64,000 nt of DNA from Eledone cirrhosa (taxonomy: Eukaryota): positions 42,036,001 through 42,100,000 of the forward strand of contig OZ024744.1 in the NCBI GenBank assembly GCA_964016885.1, read 5' to 3'. A program made the translations under genes and the position numbers. This document shows, in pieces, positions 48,096 to 61,250 of this stretch (position 1 is the stretch's first letter; every line of letters begins with the position of its first letter). The notes beneath the pieces are model-generated. The model was not told the origin of the DNA. It was given only the letters and a program-made list of their open reading frames with translations, and did no database searches.

Positions 48096-50780
48096 ATAAT
48101 AATAAATTTGAAGACTAAAATCCAAAGAGAGCTCGATAAGGGTAAATATATATCAAATATATAAGAACCGTAGAGCAAATATTTATTAAAATAACAGATT
48201 AAAGTTTAAGCAAAGAATCGCTGATTTCACCCTTAACGGGATCTTCTGAAACTAAAAATGTCAATCTGTGAACGCAGAAGTAAATATTTCAAAATACGTT
48301 GAAGCCGGAGGAAGACAGGAAGACGATACTTTCGTTCGTGGAAACGTTCCCTGGCAAAGAACGGGAAAAAACGAAAATAATACGTCATTATTTGGAGCGG
48401 TGAAAAACAATTACACGCAAAGACAAAACCACGTTTATGGTATAAAAGAAGTCGTAGACTAATATTCAATTAGGTGGTTCATGGAGACGTTCTCTGGCAA
48501 TGATCGGAAAAACGAAGATAATACGTTATTATGTTTTTGCGGGTAGAACAATTGCACGCAAAGACAAAACTACGGAAATGGTATAACTGAAGTCGTAGAC
48601 TAAAATTCTAACTAGGAAACCGAATGATTCTCGGCTTCAGAGTTAAGAATAAATTAAATAAAATACAGAGGTAATTGAAATTAAATAAATACATATACGC
48701 ATCCATATACGAACATACACAAGCATACGCGAAAACACTCGCCATAGGTATACAAATACAAGCACGTACACAAAAAAACCCAAATTTGTCGAATGGCTTG
48801 CATTACCCGTATAGAAAGCCGAATGATACGCTTAATTACATAAGTAAGCATTCTAACCATCTTGCCAGAATAACCAAGAACCTGGTAAGAAACGTTTCTT
48901 TGAGGCTTTCTTGTCTATCTACAAACGAGCATATTTTCAACAACCATTCCACATATTACAATGAAGCTCTTGCTCGGAGTGGATTTGTAGATAAGTTAGT
49001 ATATACAGAGTACGAGAATAGACCTAGAAAAAATATGTCCCGACGCATTATATGATGTTACCCACCATATAATATGGAGGTGGCCACACCATTAACTAAG
49101 ATCTTTCTCTCCCTTATTATGAAGCATTCCCCCCCTCCCCAGCACATAAATATAGTAAATATTTTTATAGAAATACCAATAAAATGTCTTACTCTACGAC
49201 TCCTAAACTTGCACATAACATCACAGCTTCAAATTTAGCTAAACTACCTAGCCGTTGGAACACGTGCAACCCTGTAGCTGTAATTGTAGCAATCGGGTTG
49301 ACTGCCCCCTATCCGGGAAATGTCTCTCTAGTAACATTGTCTACAAATGTAAGGTTGAAACACCCACGTCCCGTAGGGCCTAAATAGGGTTAACCGCCAA
49401 TAGATTCAAGCATCGTCTTTACATGCATACCCATTCTTTTCTTAACCCTTTAAGAAGGAATATGACTTCACTTTCAGCTTATATCTGGAGTCTAAAAGAC
49501 AACCACGCCCAATATAAGTTACACTGGGAGATCCTAGCTAGGGCTAGATCGTATAACGGAAATAAAAGACCATGTGACCTCTGCGCCGCTGAGGCCCTGG
49601 AAATACTCTACGCCAAAGACCACATCCTAAACAAAGAATCTGAGGCAATTTCGGCTTGTAAACATAAATTGCACAAAACTTTCCTGTATTACAGCCCCAC
49701 ATTATACCCTAACGGATAGTACGAACTATACGTGGATATTTTACGTCTTGATGTGGTAGCTAAGTATATGTTATGTTTATACAATTATTTATTTGTATAG
49801 GTAAGTGTATATTACCTGTATGTTTTGTGAAGGTACGTATATTTTCTCGCACGTATATTTGATTGTATATGTTATGGCACATATATTATATATATATGCT
49901 TTTGGTTATGTGTATACGCGAGTTTTGCGTCTGTGTGAGTATGCGGGTTCGTACGTTTGTAGAGTGTGTGTATATGTGTACTTTGTGTTTTGGTTGACGT
50001 ACGTCTCCGCACGTTATATACATATTTATTTATTTATATACGTTTATTTAATTATATGTATACACGCACAAACACACACACACACATATATATATCTTTT
50101 TTTAATATATATTTTTATGTGTATTTGGTGTATACATTTGTATGTGTGCAGGTACAGACGTCGCGTGGGTTTTGTATGTGCCTGCGGTTTTTTTTTGTGT
50201 ACGTGCTTGTATTTGTATACCTAAGGCGAGTGTTTTCGCGTATGCTTGTGTATGTACGTATATGGATGCGTGTATGTATTTATTTAATTTCAATTACCTC
50301 TGTATTTTATTTACTTTATTCTTAACTCAGAAGCCGAGAATCATTTGGTTTCCTAGTTAGAATTTTAGTCTACGACTTCAGTTATACCATTTCCGTGGTT
50401 TTGTCTTTGCGTGCAATTGTTCTATCCGATCCACATAATAACGTATTTTCTTCGTTTTTTCCTGTTCATTGCCAGAGAACGTCTCCATGAACCACCTACT
50501 GGAATATTAGTCTACGACTTCTTTTATACCATAAGCGTGGTTTTGTCTTTGCGTGTAATTGTTTTCACCGCTCCAAATAATGTTATTTTCGTTTTTTCCC
50601 GTTCTTTGCCAGGGAACGTTTCCACGAACCAAAGTATCGTCTTCCTGTCTTCCTCCGGTTGCAACGTTTTTTGAAATATCCACTTCTGCGTTCACAGATT
50701 GACCTTGTTAGTTTCAGAAGATCCCGTTAGGGGTGAAAGCAGCGATTCTTTGCTTAAACTTTAATCTGTTATTTTAATAA
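48092..50780 (+). mobile_element. 5'-truncated degenerate Hydra-type PLE with inverted 5' pLTR
   Basis: 48175-48780 is the reverse complement of ~50190-50780. Coding remnant PYRKPND..YISKHSNH, CNC..CPL..CL..VYKC, LHWEIL, CDLCAAE, CKHK (48780-49719). Confidence 0.85.
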
Positions 50781-50805
50781 ATATATATATATATATATAT
50801 AAATA

Positions 50806-50847
<42 letters not shown>

Positions 50848-50849
50848 TA

Positions 50850-50904
<55 letters not shown>

Positions 50905-50906
<2 letters not shown>

Positions 50907-53900
50907 TAAACGGACGGTAGTCCGTTTAGTAATATTGTTGTGGTCGTGTTTTCGTTGGCAATCGTCTGTTTACGACAGTACAGCGCGGCTCTACTTTATT
51001 TAACTGAGATAAAACTTATATGAGCATGAACAGTAGATCATTACGCATCTTTTGGCTTAAAAATCTAGAAATTTGGTCCAGCGGGAAAAAGTTTATATCA
51101 AAGTTTGCTGATAAATCTTGTGTTCAAGTGAGTGAGTAGTAAGCGTGACGCTAGGGGAAGTAATCCAGAAATGACGAATTTTTTTCGGCGGAACTCTTGT
51201 GATTGTGATTACGTTAGTCAAATGTAGTCAAATCGCCGAATCCCCTCCTCCTAATTGACTACGTCATTTCTGAACGGCCCTACTTGCGTCAGTGTGAAAC
51301 ATTACTTCACTTTTCACTGCTAAAATGCTTTTTAAATACTTGGTTAAAAAATTATGTTTATTATCAAAGCTATTTTTTGTACCAATCTATCAATAGTTTG
51401 CGAAAATATAGGTAAACATGTGAGTTAAATTTTTTTTTAATCGCATCGATCGCTTTGTCGCACCGACTGTGAGACTGTCTGACTGTCTGTCTGACTGACA
51501 CCTTTGTCGGACCGACACCTTTGTTCAAGCGGACAACTTTGTGTCACTGACACCTTTGTTCGTGCCGGCATCTCTGCGAAACACCGATGACAACAACCAG
51601 ACCAAAATTTCACTTCATTCTTCATTCTTCTTCAAGACCGATTGCCGACCGATCGTATCGGTTGCTCTTCATATACCAGGTATTCAACAGATAGTTTGCA
51701 CTTCTAGTATTATTAACAGTCGTGCGATTTTTTGTACCGATAGGTGCGAATAGTGCGCTATATCTTTGTACCGATAGGTGCGAATAGTGCGATAGGTGCG
51801 AATAGTGTACAATATTTTCTGAGATTTGCATCCACTAATTTCGCTTAATTGAAAATGATGTTTCGCGGCTTTTTGATCGGCTTATTCATTTTTTCCATGG
51901 CACGGAAATGGAGTATTTCCATTTCGAATCAAAACTTTTCACTAAAATCGAGCAATTGGACTGATCAAATTCACATTCATGCCAGTTTTTACCAATCCAT
52001 AATTAAAAATGTGGCGAAATCGAATGACCAGAAGGTATAAAAATATTAATTCAAATGTATTTACTTATCATACCAACAAAAATACTTAGATATTTTGTAT
52101 ACCTGGGGCCCGTCAGTGCCAGGTAATGTTAATCGCCAACATTGTTATCTGTTGTCCTTTTGTGAAAGTATTGGTGGTTCATGTCGGCTCTAATGATCTG
52201 AATCCTCGTCGCACCGTTGGCACTATAAAGCTGTGCAAAGTAATACAATAATTTTTGCCCAAGTATTATTAATAATCATTTATTTGTAAATTAAGGACAA
52301 AGTGCCCATTCGAGGCACAAAACCGGAAAAACAGTGGAAGTGTCTCTTTGCAAGGCTACAGAAAATAGCGGAAAAGCACCACTGTACACCCATTTTCTAC
52401 AGTGGTGTCATTCCACGTCCACAAAGTGTAATTGAAAATAAAAATGACTTGGGCAAGAGAAATTCTCGTTTGGAAAAGTTTAATTACTGCAGGAAAGAAA
52501 TGATTCAAAAATTGAACTTCCCCAATCTTCACAACATTGAAAATTGGTCAAAATTTGACAAATCTGAATTAAAACCAGATATGATTCATTTGAACAATGT
52601 TGGAAATCTTAAATTAACACAAATTTTTGCCAATGTTTTTGCCACCTGATCCTTGTTCTATGGCTGACTGACTAATTTTGTGATTTAATAAAATGTCATC
52701 ATACTAGTAATGCACAATGGTCTTTTTTAAATTTAAATTTTATTAAATAGTTGTTGCTTGCATTGCCTTAAAATAGTAACAAGAATGTACACATACTTTT
52801 TAAAAATACATCATTATCAATCAAATCAGTCAAATGTCACTAAAAGCCAGGTGGTCGATAACAACTTCTATAAGATTAGTTACATGCTCACACATTGGAT
52901 CACCTCTCATCAATGGCATTGGGTGTCTGAGATAATCGTGGAGATAACTGATGAAGTCACAAATGAAGTGATGGTCTTCCAGTGTGAACAACTCCCTATA
53001 TCCATTGATATATGTGATAGCTTCCGATTCATAGGTGCATTTTATGAGGAATTCCATGTATCCGATTTTCAGTGATTCAATGGGCATTTTATCAGAAATG
53101 ATAAGGTATTTGACCACGTTTTGCTTTGTATTTGTAAGTAAATTGGAGAGAATCACTGCAGTCAAAGTCATTTCTTTGCATGGGTTTTTGTCCATTCTAA
53201 AAAGTTAAAATGATAAAGTATTACTATTGTATAACTTACAACTATTGTTGTAACACCATTGAAATGCACAAGTTTCACCAATTCACTATTATGCACTAAT
53301 CATCTCAAATGCATTCATGATTTACTAGCTTTGTCATTAAGCCAGTTGCCTCAACTAGATTGCAATTATACTCAAAAGAACTTTAAAATGTCAATCACTT
53401 GTCAGTAATTCACTATGATCATTTAATTATTAGATAGTTGTTGCTTGCATTGCCTTAAAAAATAGTAGACCAGATAGAAAAATGCGTACAGCAAAAAAAA
53501 GTAATATTGTTGGAATATAAACCTTTAAAAATACAGGACAAGAAACTAAAATAAAACTTTAAAAGAATAGGACAAGAAACTAAGATAAAACTTTAAAAGA
53601 ATAGGACAAGAAACTAAGATAAAACTTTAAAGAATTGGACAAGAAATAAAATATTTTACAATAATATTAGTGGCAAAATTTTTTTATTCGTTTCCTGTGC
53701 TATGCCCCAGTATCTTCTTGATTAGCGCAAAATAATTGTCATGCACTGATTGTGCGTTGCCCCTGAGCGGTTGGTTCTGGTTGGGTTTGGTTGGCTGAGC
53801 AGTTCTGCTCCGTCAGAATGACCATTGCAAGAAGAATTGGCCGATGCAGCTGCAGGTCTCCTCCAAGAATGCACTTCTGGTCCCGCAACACCAGACGAAG

Positions 53901-54598
53901 ATGGAGAAGACGACCGGGACAAGATGTCGACTCTGACCACCGACTACGGCACCTCCCTCAACCACCGGTCCTCCCTCCCTCTGTCCCGTCATCCCTCCAG
54001 TCCTCCTGCTCCCCCTTCCTGTACCAGAAAGCTGTAGCACGCATTCATCTGGACTGCCGGACTTGAACTCAAGGACAAGATGCAAGGAGAAGATGGACGG
54101 GTTGGTCAAGATCAAGGATGAGCGGGACGACAAGACCGTCCGCTCCTGCTCAAGATCTGTGCTCGTGGGCCCATGGGTCCATTCACATTATGCATGACAC
54201 ATGAGGCGTGTCGCCAAATGATGAAATAGGGGTATGGTTATGGCCCAATTGGTGTTCAAACCAGGATCAAATGATCCCCCCGGTCTGACGACGACCTCTG
54301 AATGTGGAACCCAGAGCCTATGAATGTGGAACTCGATTTTCTACCAATAAAAATTTTGCCACTAATATTATTGTAAATTTTTTTATTTCTTGTCAGATCA
54401 GAGCAAACAGCTCGGACACTCTATCTCAAAATTATTTTTGAAAAGCATTTAGAAATGCGCAACCGGTAAAAACTTAAAAACTTAAAACCACAACTGAATA
54501 CTAACCCATAAAATCACTAATACTCTTTTATTCCTAATTAAACCATTTTTCAACTGTGAACAATTTGTCAGCATTTTCTATTCCGTTTACCAATATAT
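50905..54598. mobile_element. Unclassified multi-ORF element embedded in (TA)n
   Basis: Terminal hairpin at 50906-50929, spliced SGNH gene, minus-strand ORF 52830..53195, internal direct and inverted repeats. Right end is shared with 47717-47920. Confidence 0.5.
51960..52649 (+). CDS. SGNH/GDSL-type hydrolase (esterase), at least 3 exons; 5' end uncertain, possibly degenerate
   Basis: Introns 52035-52089 and 52240-52295 (GT-AG, phase 0) join SIIKN..K|IFCIPGAR..VVHVGSND..K|DKV..YSGVIPR..DMIHLN, matching SGNH blocks I, II, III and V. Confidence 0.7.
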
Positions 54599-55164
54599 AT
54601 ATGTATATATATATATATATATAGTTCTAAATAACAGAAAACAAAAAACAAACAAATGCAGGAATAAATGTCACATGGTATTATTAGCTTCATGCTTTGT
54701 GAGAGTGTGGGAGTAACTCCGAGTAGCTGTGAGGGGGGAGTTAGTGGGAAGATCATAAAAAAGGACTGGAAAAATAAAAATAAAATTGAAGATGAACTGG
54801 AAAAAAATGGAATATATAAGGAAAACAGAAGTTATAAAAAATAACAGAATATTGAAAAGTGAGATGAATGTATGGATCCGCGAAGGCAAGGGTGTGGTGG
54901 TGCGTAAGGCATTAGTGGAGGGAGAGGTGTGTAGAAATAAGAATTTGTGTGCATGTATGGATGTAAGTGTGAGAGTCTGGAGGAATATATATACACATAA
55001 ACATAGACATATATATTATATATATCAATTTGAAAGAAAGGACCTCCAGAGGTGGACTGAGGAGCAGGGACTCTCCTATGTTTCATTTGCTTTTTCATTG
55101 TCCCTCACCAACCCTTTTTTTAAATCAATTATGCATATATATATATATATGTAGTGAAAAAGAG

Positions 55165-56390
55165 AGAAGAAATACCAAACATGGAATCAGGGCCTAGAAA
55201 GATGGGGCCTCAAAGTCAACCTGACAAAAACTAAAGTCCTTGTAAGTAGAAGAGAAAACAGAACCCTTATCCCCTCAGAGAAATGGCCTTGTCCAGTATG
55301 TAGGAAAGGTGCTGGTAGAAATTCCATCCTCTGCCCCATATGCAACATATGGGTACACAAGAGATGTGAGATCTCAGGAAGTTTAGCTAAGAATGTAGGC
55401 TCCACATGTAGCAGTTGCACCAAGGCAATAAGCAGGAAACAACCACAGGAAACAAACGCTACCAAATTCTGGAAGGGTTCTGTAGAAACAGTAGATAGCT
55501 TCTGCTACCTAGGGAACTGAATTAGTAGCAGAAGTGGGTATTCTGAAAGTACAGTAGCCAGAGTAAGAACGGGATGGAAGAAGTTCAGTGCGCTACTGCC
55601 ACTGCTAGCTACAAAACGATTTTCCCTCAAAATGAAAGGCAGAATGTATGATCCATGCATACGAACAACAATGTTGCTTAGTAGTGAGGCCAGGGCACTG
55701 TGTACAGAAAACTTACATAGGTTGGAAAAAATGAAGCTTGCATGCTCCAATGGATGTGTAAAAGTAATATACATGAACAGCAAAGCATAAATGAACTGAG
55801 AGAGAAGCTAAGCATAAGAGGAATCAAATGTTGTGTGCAGGAGAGGAGATTACATTGGTATGGACATGTATGTGCATGAAGGATGATGGTTGCATAAAAA
55901 GGTGCAGAGCGTTCAAAGTTGATGGAGGCCTTGGAGAAGGGCGACTCAGGAAGACTTGGGATGAGGTGATAAAATCTGACCTTGACCAATTGCACCTCTC
56001 AAAGTCGATGACACAGCACTGAGATCTCTGGCATTACACAGTAATACAGAAGACCTGACTTCCCACAGGCCCAGGCTGAATCTGAAGCACCTATATACAA
56101 TATGCCCCCACCCCACCACACGCTCCTGCTTTAGTTGTAGGTGTCACAACAAAAAGCACCCAGTCCACACTATAAAGTGGTTATGTAGGTGCCACGATAA
56201 AAAAAACACTCAGTACTCACTGTAAATGAGGTTGGTGTTAGGAAGGGCATCCAGATATAGAAACCAAGCCAGAATCAGTTCTGTATGAGCAAGACTTGGT
56301 TATCTGACCTAGCTTTGCCCACAACAGGACAGCTCGTCTAACCCATGCTGGCAAGAAAAAATGGATGTAAAACGGTGATGATGATGATGA
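55165..56390 (+). mobile_element. 5'-truncated degenerate RTE-clade LINE (RT C-terminus with Cys-rich insertion), (GAT)n tail
   Basis: GLKVNLTKTKVLV, WPCPVCRKGAGRNSILC..WVHKRC, VDSFCYLG, RVRTGWKKF. Ends in GATGATGATGA. Confidence 0.82.
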
Positions 56391-56427
56391 TATATATATA
56401 TATATATATTACATTAACTTATAAATT

Positions 56428-56525
56428 TATTACAGTTAACTACTGAGGAGGTTAAATGTTGTCTTCTTTTCAATATATATTGAAAAGAAGACAACATTTA
56501 ACCTTCTGAGTAGTTAACTGTAATA
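56428..56525. repeat. ~98-bp near-perfect palindrome centred on TATATA
   Basis: TATTACAGTTAACTACT...AGTAGTTAACTGTAATA. Confidence 0.85.
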
Positions 56526-56882
56526 CATTTCACGTTTTCAGCTGTAATCATTTCTTTACCTACCCTTATATATTTTCTTATTCGAAAACATTTTATTCTA
56601 AACTAATAAATATATAATATATATGTCTATGTTTACATATATATAATTATGTATCAGATATAGTGGAGGTGAAATTCTACATTGTTTGAAACTGACAATA
56701 CTATAAGAAGGAGTCCTTCATACCTAATATCTTCAGGCTTTATTGAAAGGGATATTTTCTGTTTTCAATAGACAATCCGTACACTGACTATACAAACTGG
56801 AAACAACAACAGCAGATGTTTCAACACCTTGACAACGACAACAACTACCACCACCACCAACAACAACAACAATAATAATAAT

Positions 56883-57070
56883 TGTTTCTACTTTTGGCAC
56901 AAGGCCAACAATTATCCCAGTGTATTACTGGTACTTTATTTTATCGACACCGTAAGGATGAAAGGCAAAGTTAACCTCGGCGGGTTTTGAACTCAGACCA
57001 TAAAGGGCCGTAACTCTTTGCTGAAAAGCATGGCGTCCGACTCTCTACCGATACTGCCAATCCACCGCCC
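56883..57070 (-). mobile_element. tRNA-derived SINE (cephalopod-type); further copies at ~62185-62340 and ~62432-62620
   Basis: Minus strand has B-box-like GAGTTCAA..CC followed by GAGGTTAACTTTGCCTTTCATCCTTACGG..TCGATAAA. Simple-repeat tails. Confidence 0.8.
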
Positions 57071-57089
57071 TAACAAGAATAATAATAAT

Positions 57090-57510
57090 AAACACAAATT
57101 TAAATTTTGAAGACCAACACAATGCGTTAGGAAGCATATTAAATTGCCAAGATAACAAAAGAATCTTACCTTAGCAAATTTAATGATCCCAAATATTTTC
57201 AGGTTTAAAAACCCATTATCAAGGGAGTAACCCTATAAGAGACTTAAAAATGGATCGGATAGACTTGTTTGTATAGAAGCAGATTTTGATTTTGTTTGTT
57301 TGTTTGTTTCACTTAAATCTGCTCCCATAAAAACAAGTCTATCCAATCGAGTTTAAATCTCTCATAGGGTTACTCCCTTAATAATGGGTTTTTAAACCTG
57401 ATAATATTTGGGATCATTAAATTTGATAAGGTAAAATTCTTTTGTTTTCTTGGCAATTTTATATTCTTCATAATGCAATGTTTGGTTTTCAAAATTTAAA
57501 TTTGTGTTTC
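57090..57510. mobile_element. Foldback/MITE-like element with ~200-bp imperfect inverted arms
   Basis: AAACACAAATTTAAATTTTGAA... and ...TTCAAAATTTAAATTTGTGTTT. Arms at ~57090-57290 and ~57313-57510. Confidence 0.7.
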
Positions 57511-57814
57511 CTATTAAATAATGCTTCAAGCAAGCTACAACACTCCAATAATAATAATGGTTGTAATTACTACAAGTGCACAAAATGATGATGCATTCTA
57601 CAGACAAAACACACAAAACAAACAGAAAAAAATAGAGAGAGAGTTGGTTTCTAATATAGACACAAGACTCTCTCATTGGAATTTACACAACATCAACTAG
57701 GTAGATAAGTATGTATGTCTGCATGTGTAGATATGAATGTTATTGTGTGTGTGGATGTGGATGTTTTGAGTTGTATGTGTGCATGTGTATATGCAGTTAT
57801 TAGATGTAGGATTT

Positions 57815-59790
57815 GGGGAATGTTTTACATATTTTTACTGTTCCATTAATGGATTGTACTTGTAATTTCCTAACTAGTCGTGTTTTTTCTGTTTCTGAGA
57901 AGCCCAGCTTCTCGAGATTTGTATTGAGGCAGTTATTTACCTCCACCACAAAGCATGCCTTCTTTTCCCTGTCGCATAATCATTATATCTGGACTGTTAT
58001 GCCTGCATTTTATTGGGGTTTTTACTGGAACATTCCACCAGTACTCTTTCATATTATGTATATGTATGTCTTCCACATTGCTGTAGCTTTTAATGTGTTT
58101 AATATCGGGGCTATCTTTTCTACGGATTGCGAAAGCGTATCCTTCAAAGTGGGAGCCAATATAGCGGTTGTTGGTCCAAGATAGACTACTTTCCTTATCT
58201 ATATTACTCTCACTCTGGAGCTTCCTGGCAACATATCCATGCATGATTTTTTGCTGATAGGCATGCAGTTTTTCATCCATGGATTCACTGCGATACTGCT
58301 GAGCGACATCCCTGGGTGTGAGTTTCACACAGGGAATATCTCTCGAGGAGTTCCTTCCCAACTCTCATGATCTTATCTGTTTCATGCAGATAGACTTGAT
58401 CGAGAAACGGGCTCCGACGCTTCGAGGTTCGCAGATGTCGAAGAGATATGATGCGACATTCAAATGTTGTCTGGACTGATGTTAGGCCTCTGCTTCCCTG
58501 CTTACGTTTTAAGTAAAGGCAGTCTATGTCAATGTTGATGTGGAAGTTTCCGGTGTTGTTCAGTATTTTTCGAGTTCCAACATCAACTGCTCGGATTTCG
58601 TCTATCGTCCAATTGAGTATTCCAAGCGTTTGGTGTCAGGACAGGCACAGCAAACACATTGTGAGCCACTGTTTTGTTGTGCGCAGAGAGTTCCGATGAC
58701 CAAATCTTTCTTAATGGGGTGTAGTATTATTTGGTTACGCGTTCTTTATTACAGATACAATTATAGGATATATTCTCATCTATCCACAAGTATCTGATGA
58801 CAATGTTGCTAGATTGGGTTGTTGTTTTTCCCCGCTTTACAGTCATATATGAGCATTTATCTTGGCCAAACTCCATTCCTATATCCTTTGAGAACATTGT
58901 AACCAGTCAAGATTTTTCGTCAACCCATCCATGTTCTTGGCATAGAGTTTCAGATCGTCCACAAAGAAATTATGGGTTAGGTTGTTCGTATTTCTGTCCT
59001 CCTGTGAGCCAATGATGTATCCCTCACATTTCTTGAGCAGAAAGGACAAGGGGTTTAATGACATGATGAATAATATCACAGAGAGACTGTCCCCCTGAAA
59101 TATACCCCTGCAATATTTTATTTTATCAGTGAAAATAGAGTCCTCCCTCTCTGTCTTTAATCTTAGGATAGTAGCCCAAGAAGAAGACAGCCTCTCTATG
59201 GCTCTGACGATAATGTCTGGGACTTTAGCAAGTTGGAGGGCCTCTATCATCCAAGAGTGGGGTACAGAATCAAAAGCTTTCCTGTAGTCCAGCCAGACTG
59301 TAGTCATATTCCTCCTGAGTTGTCGCACCCCCGACATCGCAGTTTTGTTGATTAGGAGTTGTTCAGCACATCCCCAAACCCCTTTCTATCCAGCTGCTTG
59401 TTCATCTGTGATGATGTTATTATTTTTACAGTGATCTTGGAGGAATAGGTTCAGGCAGGCTGTATACATCTTATACATCAGGTTCTGGCATGCAATGGGT
59501 CGGCAGTATTTTGCCAAGTGGGTGTCTTTGTTCTTGGGGACCAGTAATGTTTGTGCTAATGTCAACCATTCTGGTATAAGTGTACCTCCCTTAAGAATTT
59601 GTTGGTAGAGGTCAGTAAGATACCTCCGATAGAATATCAGTTTTTTGTACCAGTAGCCGACAATCATGTCTCTTCCTGGTGTTTTCTTATCTTGGAGTTT
59701 TCCTATCACAGTCTCAAGGGTACCCTCACTTATTTCGTATGTTTTTGTTGTAGTGTAGGAGCAATAGTTCTTTCGGATTTCTCTTAGCCA
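57815..59790 (-). mobile_element. Degenerate RLE-type (R4/Dong-like) non-LTR retrotransposon
   Basis: RPIACQNLMYK, WLDYRKAFDSVPHSW, RGIFQGDSLS, FFVDDLKLY. RLE remnant YWWNVPVKT..HNSPDI. Confidence 0.82.
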
Positions 59791-59890
59791 CACTGCATAT
59801 GTATGTATGTTATCTCTTTCTCTTAATTTCGAGTATATTTTTTTGACCGGCCACCTTGCTGGTGGCACGGTTGTAAAAGAAAAGAAATTG

Positions 59891-61250
59891 TCATCCCTTG
59901 AATCGCAAGAATGTTTTGCAAATTTTGAAGGTGGCAGCTATCGCAGCTATTTGTAGACTATGAATTAGGGAGCTGCGCTCTTTGTCCGCAAATCCAAGTT
60001 CAGTCATACTTTGGTCCAAACGGGTTGGTATATAACCCGTAGCGCCAATACTGATGGGTATGAAGCTAAAAGTGTATCTTGGATACTGGATTTGTAAACT
60101 CCTCATCAATGGTCCGTAGATGTCCTCCTTCTCCTGTATTTTTCTGACAAGGTTTACATCAAGTGGGCAGCTGATCTGCACAACAGAACACGTTTTCAAT
60201 ATGTGGTCCCAAACAACAATATCAGGCCGGTTGTGCTTTAATTTGGTGGCAGTTTTTATTTTCAGGTTCCACCAGTATTCCTTAGTGCCATCTGTCTCAA
60301 TATATACTTCCTCGTTTGTTTTTAGATGGTTCTAACTATCCCATCGTGTCTCATGGGGAGGTAGTAGCGAGATGACATTCTTTCGCAGCTGGCAACAGTG
60401 TGGCTTACATCCTCGATCTTTGTTTTACATAGCCTACATTTATTGTCAGCTGATGGCCCTCGCCTTTTGTGCAGCAGATATTTGGTAGGGAGTTCTTGTT
60501 CCTGTATTGCATAGAGATATCCCTCAAGGTGTGATGTCATAAACTTGTCGGAACTCCATGCCAGTCTTTTTGAGTGGTTTATCCACTCTATGGTCTGTGT
60601 TTTACGTCTCAAGTATCCATGCACAACTTTTTCTGTAAATTGGTCAATTTTTTCATCTTGTTTGAACATTGAATAGGATCTTCCGATTTATCTGGGTGAG
60701 AGATTTATATCAGGCTTTATTCCATATCTCTCCTCCAGATCAGTGGCTATCCTAATGATTTTTTTTTTCATGCTCATAAACCTGGGCAAGATGGTTGCCA
60801 ACCTTTTTCCTTGTTGAAGATGTTGTTTCAGTGTTACTATCCGGGTCTCATATGATGTTAATATGGATTTTAGACCCCAGCCACCTTCCTTGCGTGAGAA
60901 GTATAGCCTATCCACATCACCATTGATGTTAAAGTTCCCAGTAAGACTGAGAAGCTTGCGAGTTCTAACATCCATCTCACTTAGTTCTTGCAATGACCAG
61001 TTCAGCAGGCCAAATTTTGGCGTTAGAATTGGCACAGCATAAGTATTGTGGGCAATGTATTTGTTGTACGCTGACAGTTCTGATGACCATATTTTCTTTA
61101 CTCTTCTGAGGTATTCAGTTCTGGTTCTCTCCTTATTTATGGGTCCATCATATCTGACATTCTCATCCTGTCCAAGATATCTGTAGTTGTCACCTGACTG
61201 TAGAGGTTGTATTGTCAGTCCGTTCATCTCTAGATTTCTAGAGGAGGGCA
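59891..61250 (-). mobile_element. 3' half of a second R4/Dong-like LINE (CCHC plus restriction-like endonuclease)
   Basis: YRYLG, DVDRLY..RKEGG.GL, CRLC..EDVSHTVASC, HNRPDIVVWD, ISCP..KIQEK..Y, ISIGATG. Confidence 0.82.

Noticed and set aside
50680-50768. HDV-like pseudoknot (CTTCTG/CAGAAG and CAGATTGA/TTAATCTG)
   Set aside because: Lacks canonical L3, the P1.1 GG and the catalytic J4/2. The hammerhead-like fold explains the segment better.
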